NCBI RefSeq assembly: GCF_021869535.1
Contig: NW_026262668.1
Location: 74,462,001-74,526,000, forward strand
Direction of reading: 5' to 3'
From: Mytilus californianus
Taxonomy: Eukaryota
Length of the DNA stretch: 64,000 bases
The position numbers were made by a program, and so were the translations under genes. Under the pieces are notes generated by a model, which was given only the letters and a program-made list of their open reading frames with translations, ran no database searches and was not told where the DNA came from. This document shows positions 25,874 through 39,000 of the stretch, piece by piece (position 1 is the first letter of the stretch; the number at the start of each line of letters is the position of its first letter).

Positions 25874-28800
25874 AAAATGCTGGCTCAAAAATGTGAATAA
25901 ATAAAAAAAACTATCAAAGATCTGCCATCAAAATCAAATCTCTGAATACGAAAAATATAAATAAACAAATGCAGTACAAAATACAACCATGCGTGAGATT
26001 CCTGACTTGTGACAGGCAGAACAAATATATAACAAACGTATGATCGCGATCCGTATTATTCATTTTCACTTGTCAATTTCGATGCATTTCCAGTGATTTC
26101 AACTTTGCAATCAATCATTATCATACTCTAAGAAACTGTGAAGGCATTAAATTCTTCAACTGTGCATTGACAGCATCCAATAAGAATACACGAATATACA
26201 AATGGTATAGCTATAATGTATCGCACTGAAGTAAACATACCGGGATATAAAGAATAAGAGTAATTTTGCATGATGTAATATTTCACGAACGAATTATTTA
26301 TATATATGATAGAGCGATAAATATTTATCTATAACGACAAATCTATTATGTTTTTATCCTTTTTGGGGCAAACAACTTCCCTCTGGTAAAACCATACAAA
26401 TAGGAAATCCTTACAATCTTTTAACTCGTACAGAATTCAATAGCTTAACAACACTGAACCAACTAAAGACAAGGGACATTATAAACAATATATCATAATG
26501 TTAAAAGTAACTATGCAATACACAACTACGAAACACTACAACAATTAATTCAAGGTAAAAAAAAGGATCTGCTAACCTTTCCGGGCACCTTAGACCCCGT
26601 GATTTGATTCGTGTTTCTCAGTCTTTAGTTTTCTATGCAGCGTTTTGTGGACTGGTTTGTCTTTTCGTCGTTTTTCTTTTTTTTAACCAAGGCGTTGTCA
26701 GTTTATCTTTGTCTTTTGAATGTCCCCTTGATTTCTTCCGCCTCTTTTTTTTTAAATTACGTATAAATAGCTCACTCTACGTCTTTACAAAGAAAATGCA
26801 TATGTTTATTCTCTAAGTTAAGGATGAAATAGAAAACATTTGTAATGCCTACCGTATGAGAATAAGTAACCGATTATTAATAAGTAAAATTCCGCATTCA
26901 TCACTTGTTTGCATAATTAAAACACATTTATGGAGTCTTATCAATTATTTTTATTGTCTCCATTTTATAAATATATATTGCGTTTATGTTTTCACCTAGT
27001 TACACACGTATTAGTGTGACGTCTCTTTAATGTTATTACAATTTTCTTTTTGTTTTAAATCATGACAAAAAGCAGAAAGTTTTAACCCTTTTCATTAAAT
27101 GGTATAAAATTTCTTATTGTCTTTTCGCTTTCACTCGAATCCTTCTATTGTACTATATATAATTACTGTTTCAAATATTGAATTAAAGTATTTCACATAT
27201 GAACAGTAAATCTGTAAATTTAACGTGACTTTTAATTCTTATATTAATTATAATATTGTTTTACATATTTAGAGCAGCATATCAGTTTTGACAATTTTAT
27301 GAATAATAACATAAAATGATAGGACTCCGGATTATCATTGAATAAAAGCATACCTCCCTCTAAAAAATCCCTAAACATAGAAATATCATATGGAGTTGAT
27401 TGCAGCTCTTTTCATTCACTATTGTATTTTCTGCGGATCGATTTAGAGCTTGACATATTCCATATACACTGTTTTTCGTTGAATTCATATGTCCTTTGGT
27501 TTATTTGTGTCAATGTGTAACTGTCTCATTGACGTATACACCTCACATCCATGGAACTATTGATTTTGCTGACAAAATATTAGAACGATAATAGTCAGAT
27601 TTTCGTAAAGAAAACGGATTAGTTAGCGTCAGTTATCGCCCTGTAACTGGATGAAACATAACAATTATAGACGTTACCATGCTGTTACTTGATGAAACAA
27701 CACTTATAGACGTTACCATGCTGCACATTTTAACAATTGCAGATTACATGAGTTTTTGGAATTTTTCAATAAACCTTTGAATTCAATACAAAACCGTAAC
27801 TGATAAACATTAAACTTCATTCAAAATCATGTGACGTGGAAATAATGGTATCATATATTTCTATAGTTTTATTGCTTTAATTTGGAAAAAAAACATGCAT
27901 ATATTCAAATACATGTATAATGAATCGTGTCGTGTTATTTCTACAAATTCTGGAAGAAATACTAAACTGCGGTAATACGAAAATAAAAACGCCTTTTTTG
28001 TGAAAAGTGGAGATAACTTACTCATCTGAATAAGTTGCAGAAAGAGCAGGACAATTTTTTAATGAAATTGCACAGACTGGTTCAAATTATAATATTTATA
28101 CATACTAAGACAAAAAAAGAAGATTTCCATAAACTGAAAAATAAAAGGAAACATGTTTTTCGTCCTCATTAAAACCACTTTACATTACAAATACGTGTTG
28201 TCCTCAATCTAAAGCACAAAAACAATGTTCTCATTAAAAGTGAATGTCTTTCAGAAAGCTACATTCATTTTTTGATAATTTGATAATTTGAAATGTTCAT
28301 TTATGTAATATATATTTCAATTTTACTGTTTTAAACAGGTTTTCTTTTTATAGTAAAATGCAATATTTTTTAGCTTAAATATTATTATGGTGTTTTTAAT
28401 TTATAGCCAAAAAAAAGATAGAAGTTTATAAACGATTCTCTATGTCAGTTCCACGAAAATTTGTATGTAAAACTGCAAATCACTTATAGGTATATCCTGT
28501 ATGAATAGTCTAGATCCATTCGTATAAAGAGGGCAATAAAAAAACATGAATAAAAGAAAGATGGACAACACAATGACTGCTTGAATGAAAGGAGGCAGAA
28601 AACAGGCAACACAACACTACAAAGCAAAGTAAGATTGAACAACACAAACCAAATACTGGGAACTGACGTGTTCTGTTAGCAGTTCCTGCTCCACTGGTGG
28701 TACCAGTTTCGACATGCAAGTTAAGTCTGATGGTAGGTCGCATTTAGTGATGTCCTGGAGGAATAACAGAGATTGTAGCTACGATACGCGAAACATTATC

Positions 28801-29908
28801 CGTTGTCATTTGTGACAAACATATTCCATATGGTCAATCAAATTATAATGGCGTCATTATAATTTTGATATACGTCGTAAAGAGCCAAATCCAGTATGAG
28901 AACAGATCACGTTTAATTTTTCTTGTTTGTGACGACTATAAAACTTATTTATTCAGTGATGTTACAAACCCTGATCATTGAAGTAGATTTTTTCAGACAT
29001 AACATTGCTCTTTCAAATATGCTACAAATCCAGTCTATATGTAACCCTTGTTAAGCAGTTTTGAGACAGGACAATGCTCTTTTAAGTATGTACCTGTATT
29101 TTTTACTGGTTAAACAGAAAATTAACCAAAATACCAGTTTTAATTAAAATCTTTGTATAGATTGGAGATAGAACTCATCAAGACCTCAGGCATAAGAGAC
29201 GTCCACGGTGCCGCTAAACCACCTAGGCTGTTCCAGGACTGTAACTGTCCAACAGTACTAGTGTTGCTGAAATGAAAAAGGACGTCCTTTTACCTGAGAG
29301 GGAAGAATATAAGTGCAGTATCTTCCGGTCGAAATAAGATCCTTTAATCCATTACCCGTTTCAGAAGAACTTAATGTTTTCCGCACGTATAATAAATCCT
29401 GTAGCTAGACATTTCAAATATTTTCGAAGGTCCCTTAGATGACGTCTAACAAGATTTATTTCTGATTCTATTCATACTTTTGCTATGGCATTAAATATGA
29501 TTACAACTAATATGCATGCAATCACACTGGACGTAGTAAACATAGGTTAATAAATCGATCATATATATTTCCATCCTCTAATTACTTCACCTGTATTGGT
29601 GCATTGTAGAAATATAGATAATTTCAATAGAGAAATAGGCAAATCCCTTTTTAATATATTTTTCTATCCAATATGTCAGCATTGAATGTTTGATACATGC
29701 ATCGTGTATTTACTCTGTCCTGAATTAAGTGATTGTTTAAATTATGTAATTATTTAGTGATAAAAAAACACAATACAAATGTTGTAATTTTTTTTAATTT
29801 CCTCTACATACATGTAACAGCAATTGAAAAAGATAAACTGTATAAAATTCGTCATGTGATTACGTAAGGATATACGGTTACAAATTCACAAAAATCGTAA
29901 GACGATGT

Positions 29909-30021
29909 TCAATGCCAAACTTGACGTCTGGCGTTAGCCTTGAAACTTTGAATGGTGTCTGGCAGTGGATATCCTTCTTCAAACAAAGACGAAGTTGAAT
30001 CGTCTGCTGAAACACCCGAAT
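29909..30021 (-). CDS. Gene B terminal exon (DSGVSADDSTSSLFEEGYPLPDTIQSFKANARRQVWH*)
   Basis: acatttcag acceptor in phase 1; homologous to 8784-8920. Confidence 0.82.
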
Positions 30022-33000
30022 CTGAAATGTAATTAACATCAAATTAAAGTTGTCATTCAAATTTCCAATTCAAAAAGGGAATGTTTTAAGGGCTCTTTTC
30101 ACAAAACATCTAACGACAAAAAATTGATCGTAAATTATACTGTTCAAAATGTTCATGACTTATGAGTATTTTTCACGCAAGATTTTGTTTGTGAAATGAG
30201 TCGTAGTTTCGGACATCCTGATTGGGCCAGACGTCATTTAAAATATCCTTGAAACTTCAATATGAAAAGGACTAATGTTGAATATTTGACTTTGATACGA
30301 TGCTTTGTTAAAAACATTCATTCTAATGGTAATTTTCAGTTTCCTGCTGTTAGACGGTACATTTATTTAGTAGTTGTCATTTACATTATACTTTCCAATT
30401 TTAACTAAGTAATTTATTGTTCCAATATATTAAAACTGAGATTACAACTTGGACTATCAGTCCCCGAGGGTATAACCAGCTCAATAGTTAGTTCTTTGGT
30501 ACTGACATGATTTATAACAAAAAAACTTTCTTGAATTGTCCGTTTATAAATTTTAAAAATATTAAGAAACAAAGGTTTCAACTCACTCAGCCAAAGTTGA
30601 CCTTAGATGGATTTGGCTATTATTTTTAGGTCCTTATTGGTCATATAGATCTTCAACTGTTTCGGTTCTTATACATCCTTTGCTAAATGCAGAAACGCGC
30701 TGCTGTCTTCCGATGTTCAAATCTCATAAATCAGTCAAGAAGATACAAAATGAAGGTAAGAAACATATACTGAGGGAATTCCATCAGCTTCGAAAGGTTC
30801 GAGACCGGCCGGTGCGTCTCAATGTATAAAATATTCATAAAAATCCGAAACACCATGGAATTACGTATTTTTGCCTGGAGATTGATTTTATACATGTACC
30901 CTTGGACACAAAATATACAACTATTAATCATGATATTTTTGAAACAAAATCAGTTAACATTTGCTTGTGCTTAAATGTTTTTAATGTTAGATTTTTGTAT
31001 AACAACTGTCTAATAGTTTCACCACTGTACAATTTGTCATATTTATCTCTACACCCTGAAATACATACCGGAAATTACGTCATAGTCCGTCGTTGCAAAT
31101 GCTCTTGAGGCAAACTTTTTGTTTGATTTTTTCACAGAATGTTTAGATTTAAAAGGTTCTATCTTTGGATTTTTGAATTTGTTGTAATACTTTATAGATG
31201 ACCGAGCCGGTTTAACAGGATGTAGAAAATAAGGTGATTTCCAATTTGTCCTTTTACTCATTGTTTTCTTTTTTTCTTCTGGTCTCTCTGCACTTTGTCT
31301 CATTTGCTTTTTTAATAACATAAACCTGTTTTCAGAACTCCTACTAGCTGGACGTGGTTCAAACGAATTGTCAAAAGTTCTAAGAGAATTATATGAAGAT
31401 ACTGATACCGGTCTTTGAAGCGTCTGCACATCTTTTTGTATAGATTTTCTATGTTTGTGCGGAATGTTTTCGTTTGATTCTCTAATCGTCTTCATCTTTC
31501 GTTCATTACCTCTTTGGCGCATTGACTGATGATAAGATTCAGACACCTTATGCTTTGAATTTTTAAATTCAAATAGCGGTTTTTCCTTGTTATATATTGT
31601 TTTTGTTTGTTTATATTGACGTACATCGTTTTTGAATACCTCACTGTCTTGAATTCTTTTGACTTTTGGGTAATGAGAATCATAGTTTACGGAGTTATGA
31701 GCTTTATTCATTTGCTCAAGTGAAACACTTTTTCTCATCTTTAACATTCGAGTTGTAGGCCTTGATAAATCATTCATTGAACTGGAGAGGCGATGGAAAG
31801 ATGAAGAGCGTGAATAATTTTCGGGTGATTCGTTAAATTCTTCACTGAACTCATTTAAGTCGGCAATATCTGCTAATTTATGCGAAAGCGACAGATTTTT
31901 CCTGGGTTTAGATTTGATTAAACTGCCATTAGTCTCTCTTGATTGTGATTTGGTGTACATATTGTCGAACGATCTTGCAGATGATATTCGGGCAACCTTA
32001 CTACTATGCTTGTTTTCTGATTGTAGGTAGTATGAACTCAATGATATATTGTTTTCCGAACTACTTCTTTCCAGTGTGGGTGTGGCTAGATCTGAAAGTA
32101 CGGAATAGCATACATGATGTTTAGTGCCACTGTAAATTAATATGACAACACAACCATCAACAATACACGTTAATGTTATCCAAAGAAAATACCAAAAATA
32201 AGACCTAGTATAGACAGGTACATTAATAATCAAGAGATGATACTTACAACAGGTGACACCATTATATTTTGTATACTTTACTTTTGTTTTCCCATTATAA
32301 ACTTTTACTCATATTTAGCAATATTCTAGCAGCACCCGCATTTGTTTTTTAAGTAAATACAACATTCTATATAATGTAAATTACTCCATCTTCCCGTTTC
32401 AGTTTTTCTTCGAAACGTTCTATTATCAGCTTTTTTAGTGTTGACGAGATGAGGATTGTTTTCAGCTTGCAGATTAAAGGGTGATATAGACAGGAGAGCA
32501 TTTTAGTTGTTGAACAGAAAGCAAAAATATTTCATAGGAATAGAGTCGTTCAATACAAATCACTGGCAGTTAAAGCAATCTCATGTTTTATCTATTAGTT
32601 GAAATTGTCGTAGAACTAGCTTTCAGTAACTTCTATAGGTACGTTGGGCTTTGTATTCTTTTTAAAGTTTTTAAAGTTTTTTTATGTTTTTTTTCTTTTG
32701 TGTTTCGCGCCGATCTGATGTTTACAGTTTGTTCTTATGTTCGTTGTGTTGTTACAGCACTGTCCCAGGTTAAGGGAAGGGTTGAACACTCACTCAAAAA
32801 CATGTTTAACCCCAGCACATTCTTAATGTGTCTGTCCTAAATCAGGAGCCTAAAACTCGTGGGTTGTCGTTGTTTGCTGTCTGTCCACCAACAGAGTTTG
32901 TGTGCCGTTCTATTTTCAGTAGATATTGTTCAGTCAATGTGTAAGTAAGATATACGTTTTCATCTTGAAGTTAAACGGGCTAGAAATAAAAGTTCATCTT

Positions 33001-36000
33001 AATCATTATCGCAGAAAACAAGATTAATTTGCTCTGTACAAAATCCAAGGGTTTGACCAGATTTTTACATATTTGAATCGCAGGAAGCTGGACTACAGTC
33101 CCGGTCAACATCATGGGATGACTGACACCATTAGGTACATGCATTATAGAAATAGAAGTAAAATATTATAATAAATTCAATATTTGAGAAAACTATCGAC
33201 CGAGTTTTGTATATTTATTTTTTTTAAAACTATTTATCTGGGAATATATTCGTATCATATCCAGGGATGGGCACAATTACTGACAAATGTAATCGATTAA
33301 TAATCGATTACATGAAGGATTTTTGTGTAATCGATTAATAATCGATTACTCTGATTTTTGTATGTAATCGATTGCAATCGATTACTTTATCAAAAGTAAT
33401 TACATTACTTTTCGATTAATGTCAATTATATTTTACAAAATTATAAAACAAATAATAAAGTAAGTTAAAGTTAAACACAATTATGTTGCTCAACGTTTGT
33501 ATAGTGGATATTTAGAAATTTACCAAAAACAGCATTTAGAGCATTGTTTTCAAATTTTAAGTTGACATTTTTTTTCTAGATGGAATCTCTTACTGAGGAT
33601 CAGAAATATTCAAACATTCTTGAAATTTGGCTTTCAACATGAACGAGAGATGACATCGCATTGCATCAATCACTTATTTATATTGCAAGTTTTTTTTCAA
33701 AAAATTTGCTTTCATACTGACTTAGAGTAGCTTTTTTGTTTTTACTCATTAAAAACAGGTATATTTTTATTCAACATAGTTAATTGCAATGTTGGAAGTT
33801 TTCCTCTGAAAAAAGTAGAATAATTAATTAGTTCAGCTAATTTCAAAGATCAATATTTATAATTATAATGTCATGCATGAATTAATCCTTTTGTTTTGAT
33901 AACCACCCCAATTACATGTTATAAAACTGCCAATGGAGTACAATTTATAACCTGGGGCAAAATAATGTAAATCTCCCTCTTAATTAGATATAATTGAAAT
34001 GAAAACAAAGTCTACATCTTATTTATTAGAAGTCTTTTATCATCTGATTAGTAAAGACAAGAATTGTGTTTAGATTTTTTTATTCTATAATCAAATTATA
34101 AACAATATATATTCATAGTGTCAAAATGGGATACATGTATCTATTTCTCCAAAAGAATTTCAGTGCATAGCCAATGGTTCATTGTCGAAAGGATTTTGTG
34201 TACTTTTTAATTTTTATATCATAACATTATAAGGAATCAACTGATTATCTACCCTAATCTAAAATTCCAACTCTTATTTAAAATTATGCTTTAAAGAATG
34301 TTAATACAAATAAGCTTACTACTTTAATGTAGTACAGTACTTAACTTTAGACTCATTTATTATTCTATTTCTATTTTCTTATTTCAAATCTATTTTCTTA
34401 TTTTAATATATAAGGTCTTGAATTATTGACAAGCACATAAATCCATTTTTTTTTTCAAAAGCTAGATATGAAGTAAAATTTGGTAGGGGATCTGGTTGAT
34501 CATAATGCAGCTTGTGACAATAGATAGATATAAAGCAGTTGATAAACTCTTAAATCATATTGATACATTCTGTTTAATACATACATACTTTCATTTAGAA
34601 TAGGTTATATTTCATCAAACTATTTTACTAAAGTAATCGAAATGTAATCGAAAAGTAATCGATGATTACATCACAATTTTTGCTGTAATCGATTAAATTA
34701 CGATTACATGTAATCGAAAATGTCTTCGATTACAGATTACTGTCGATTACTGGAAAAAATGTAATCAATTACAATCGATTACGATTACAGATTACAATTA
34801 CCCCATCCCTGATCATATCAAACGTCGATTCTTCGTGTAGCTTATATAATGCTGTCATTGGTTTTAGATTTATTATCATGATAATTTTGGTAAAACTTAT
34901 ACCTTTAGGAACTAAACGTTTCTTTTTGTATAACTGATTTCTTGCTTTTGGAAATTCAGGTCCAAGAGAGATCTCATGCAATGGATATTCGTCATTATCT
35001 GCAAAGATAGGAATTATATCAATTCCGATAAAATATAGTTCCACTGACATTCATTTCAAAATGAAGCATCCGAGATTTACCTCATATATGAGATACCTTT
35101 GAGACATAAAATATAGTAAAATGAAGGTATTTCACTTTATTGCAACTCCGTTCAATTGGAAGCGATTGAATATTTGATTTGAAGTATTTTATTTTATTTA
35201 GACACTATCTAATATGGTACAGACCTTCTAAAATTCAAACTGACCACACGCACGATACACGCACGCACGATACACGCACGGTGAATGCACGATACACGCA
35301 CGGTGAATGCACGATACACGATACACGCACGATGAGCGATGAGCGTTACACGGAGGATTAACGAAAAATGAATGATGAATGATGAACGCACGATACACGC
35401 ACGATGCACGATGAATGATGAACACACGATACACGCACGATACACGCACGGTGAATGATTCATTGACGAATGAACGATAAGCGCTTAATACACGGTTCTC
35501 AAAGCCATTTTATTTGGAATTGCATTTAAAATTGATGTATGATAATGAAAATCTATAAGGGTATACACATTTTAGATATCTCGCTTTCTGTGTTGATTGG
35601 TCGACAGTTTTACTAAACACTCGATGTATTAAATAAATTAATTGTAGTATAGTATTTCCAATATCAATGAGTGTTGTTAAATTATAAAACTCATCGATTT
35701 TCTAATTCTACTTAATATAAATAATTTATAAATTGCTACGTTTTAAAGGGTGGCGATTCCAGCCATTTTTAAAAAGAGGGTTCTCAACCCAGGATAAAAG
35801 GGGTGGTTTTAACCATATGTCCCCATTCAAATGCATTGACCCCCCCCCCCCCTTCTTTTTATCTGCCTAAATTTGTAACCTTAACTAATTAATTATCATA
35901 TGTTTACGTTCCGAAATTTAGGAAATATTTGTATGTTTCGAAGTCTAGTATGATGTCCATTATCACTGAACTAAAATTCATTTTTGTTTAGGAACCAGCT

Positions 36001-39000
36001 GAAAAACGCCTTCGGTGCGGGATTTTCTACCCATTGGTGGCCTTCGACTGTTTTCTGCCTGTACGTCTAAACACTGCTAAGGACTTATAATATGCCACTA
36101 AGGACTAGAAAGGACGTGTTACTTGTACTCTGTTTTCATACTATGGTAGAGATAGATAGATTTTTATTACATAAATTCCAATTTTTAAAGAAAAAGAATC
36201 ACCATTAAATGAGTAGTTGAACAATATTTGGAACGTGCCGGTTTTTCCTTGATATTGCCGAAAATCAGTGATCCGACTGACACGAGCGAACTTACACAAC
36301 TGATTAAACAATCATAATCTCTTTTTTTTTACTTAAGTTACAATGTTCCTTATATTATCAGAATCGTATGAGTTAATTTAGAGCAAAATATATAATTTGT
36401 CAGAAAAATCTGATTCGTACAAATTAATTAGAAATAGCTAAGAAAATGAAATTTACCAAATAATGAGAAAATTTAAACATTTGTAATACCAAATACTTCA
36501 TAATATACTTCTGAAACGACTTTTCGTCCTGAATATGCATGAAATTTTTGCCACTGGACGTTTAAACAACCACTGAATAATCAATCAATCAAATTTTGCT
36601 CTCAGTAAAAATGAATTAAACAATATAAGCCACAATGGTACATTGTATCTATCACTTGGTGTCTGTTGTTTGTTTGTACAGTAAACATACTGAATCTTTT
36701 TATATTCCTTATACAATTTCTAGTATGTAATAAAATTCATACATATTTTCAAACATCCTGGCACTTCAAATTTCTAAGAGGTGACATTCTCGGGGTTTTA
36801 CCTGAAACTCTTTAGGAAATGCAATTTTTAATTCCAATTCCAATTCCAAACTGTAAAAGATATCCCAATGTTTTTTTTAAAATGCATTTCTAATTTGATA
36901 AGGAGATTTGAAAAAAAACGATCTCAATGGTAGTTGAAATTATTCAGTGCAATCATTTTGTGTCCGCCGTTGTCTTTCATACATATCAATTGGTGTATCC
37001 ACTGTTTGCTGTTCGTTATCTGTTGTTTATGGCAGTTAGGCCTCGCGATCGGTCTCCAAATTTAAGCCCCCACTTAGGTAAATTAATGATCATTTATAGG
37101 GGGGGGGGCTTTTTTCTCGGGACAAACATTATTTTCCTTCCTTAAAAACAACTTAACAATTTTCTATATTTTTCATTTAATCATAAACCGATGAATATTA
37201 AATGATTTTTAAAAAATTTAAAAAATATTTTTATTCTAATATATCTAAATATCTGGGTTATTTTCTTATCCAAATAATTATTTTTTCATTTTTTTAAAGG
37301 AAAAAGTGTTATCAGTTATGGTCCCTCATTTTAGACATGACATTTTGCTTGATACTGTATGAAGATTATTCGTTGCAACTTTTATGAAGAAATTACCGAC
37401 TTTTTTTTAACTAGATAAATATACAACAAAAATACCGTTTTTTCTTCTTGTATCAATTTCTTTTCACAAAAATTATTTTTAACAAAGAATTGTTACACAA
37501 ATGTAGAGCCCAATTTTATAACGAAGATATTCCTAATCTCTTGACCGAAATCCGCATATCTTTATCTTTTGAAACAAAAAGTTAAGGATGTCTGTTCAAA
37601 GGACAAAAATGTCCAAGAAACCGAAATGTTAGAAGTAAATGTCGAATAATTCAAACCCATTTGTCTTTTAAATTTAGCACATGAAGATATAATTTTTATT
37701 ACATATACAAATTGATTTTGTAAAAATTAGCTTGTATATATGTGAACTTTTGTAAAAAAAAATCACTGTGGTTCTAAAACTGTATCACATGCCCATAATT
37801 GTCCTAAAGCTAAATGTCATCGTCAGATTATGAGGGTCTGAATAGGGATTCATTATTTCTGTATTCTATCATTTTAGGCATTTTTTTCTAATCGTTATAC
37901 CTTTTGTCGATCATTCTTTATTCCATATATTCTAGTACCTCATCATTTTCTTTTCTATATATTTGTCTGGTTATTTTTTGTATTCTTTATTTTTTGGTCA
38001 ATAATTTTCTATTCTATAAACCCCCATCCACACCCTCATGTATAATGGAAGACGATAAACATTTTAGTATACATACCACCCGTTGTCACTTTCACCTGAC
38101 ATACAAACCACAAATTGTTATTTCTACCTGGACGCGGGACTTATATAATTACGTAATAATAACGGATATAGTAAATTCAGTAGAATATAACCTGTATCAA
38201 TGCACTGGCTTGTTAAATGAATATTGATCCGACAACTGTTTATCATATTTTTAGTTATTTTAAAATTGAGAATGGAAATGATGAATATTTCAGAGACAAC
38301 AACCCGAAAAGAGCAGATGACAGCCGAAGGCCACCATATTTGATAAGGTTTTAGTTTCTAATGAGACAGTAACCATCGTATTTTCAGAAAATCTCTAAAC
38401 GGATAATGAGAGTTTAGCGACCTTGACTGGCTATACAGCCCAAGCACGGTCGGTCTCTAAAAGTTGCCGAATTTAAGAGCCTATATTAAGAGATAGGCTT
38501 TACCTAGCTTTAGGTGTTTAAAAAATATCCATTTAAGAACCAAATGTGGCTTCTTTATATTTATACCAAAATTGAGTTCAAGGCAGTATTTTGTCGAAGA
38601 GAACAATAACATAAAGTGCAACATGCGAGAAGAGGTTTCATTTCCCTTATTTATTTTTTATTGAAGTGAGTAATCTTTTGAGATTACTTCACGGAAATAT
38701 ATTTTAAATGAAAAGGTGCAACTGGATGCATCCCTTAAAAACAAATTTAAATATATATATGTCTTACCTGAAGATCTGTAAAAGCAGTGAAAGCGCTAGT
38801 AAAAGTGATGAATTGAAACCGTTATTATCTTTTATTAATTTTCTTATATGTTACCAGCATACGGATTCTACTTAACTTTTCTTTATATATATATATATAT
38901 ATATAATTTAAATTTGTTTGTTATTTATAAATATAAAATGACGGATATTCGTCAATCAGACAGCAATCCAACATAAACACGAGTAAGTTACCTGACATCT

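Noticed and set aside
25164-25874. 236-aa ORF as a real protein-coding gene, or the array as CRISPR-like
   Set aside because: The ORF is simply one stop-free frame of a tandem repeat. There are no unique spacers, and the context is eukaryotic.
26413-26500. Alternative signal-peptide exon for gene A (MSLVFSWFSVV...)
   Set aside because: Its good donor is phase 2, which is incompatible with the phase-1 acceptor at 24665
27650-27723. 41-bp two-copy tandem duplication
   Set aside because: Real but ordinary slippage-type duplication with no further structure
32092-32233. Hydrophobic N-terminal part of ORF 31049..32233 as a signal anchor
   Set aside because: It lies upstream of the acceptor at 32092, is intronic, and has no counterpart in gene A; the true TM exon is at 43702-43899
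35179-35463. Overlapping ORFs rich in RACIV/HDTR, also 42795-43166
   Set aside because: Translations of the CACGATACACG low-complexity tracts
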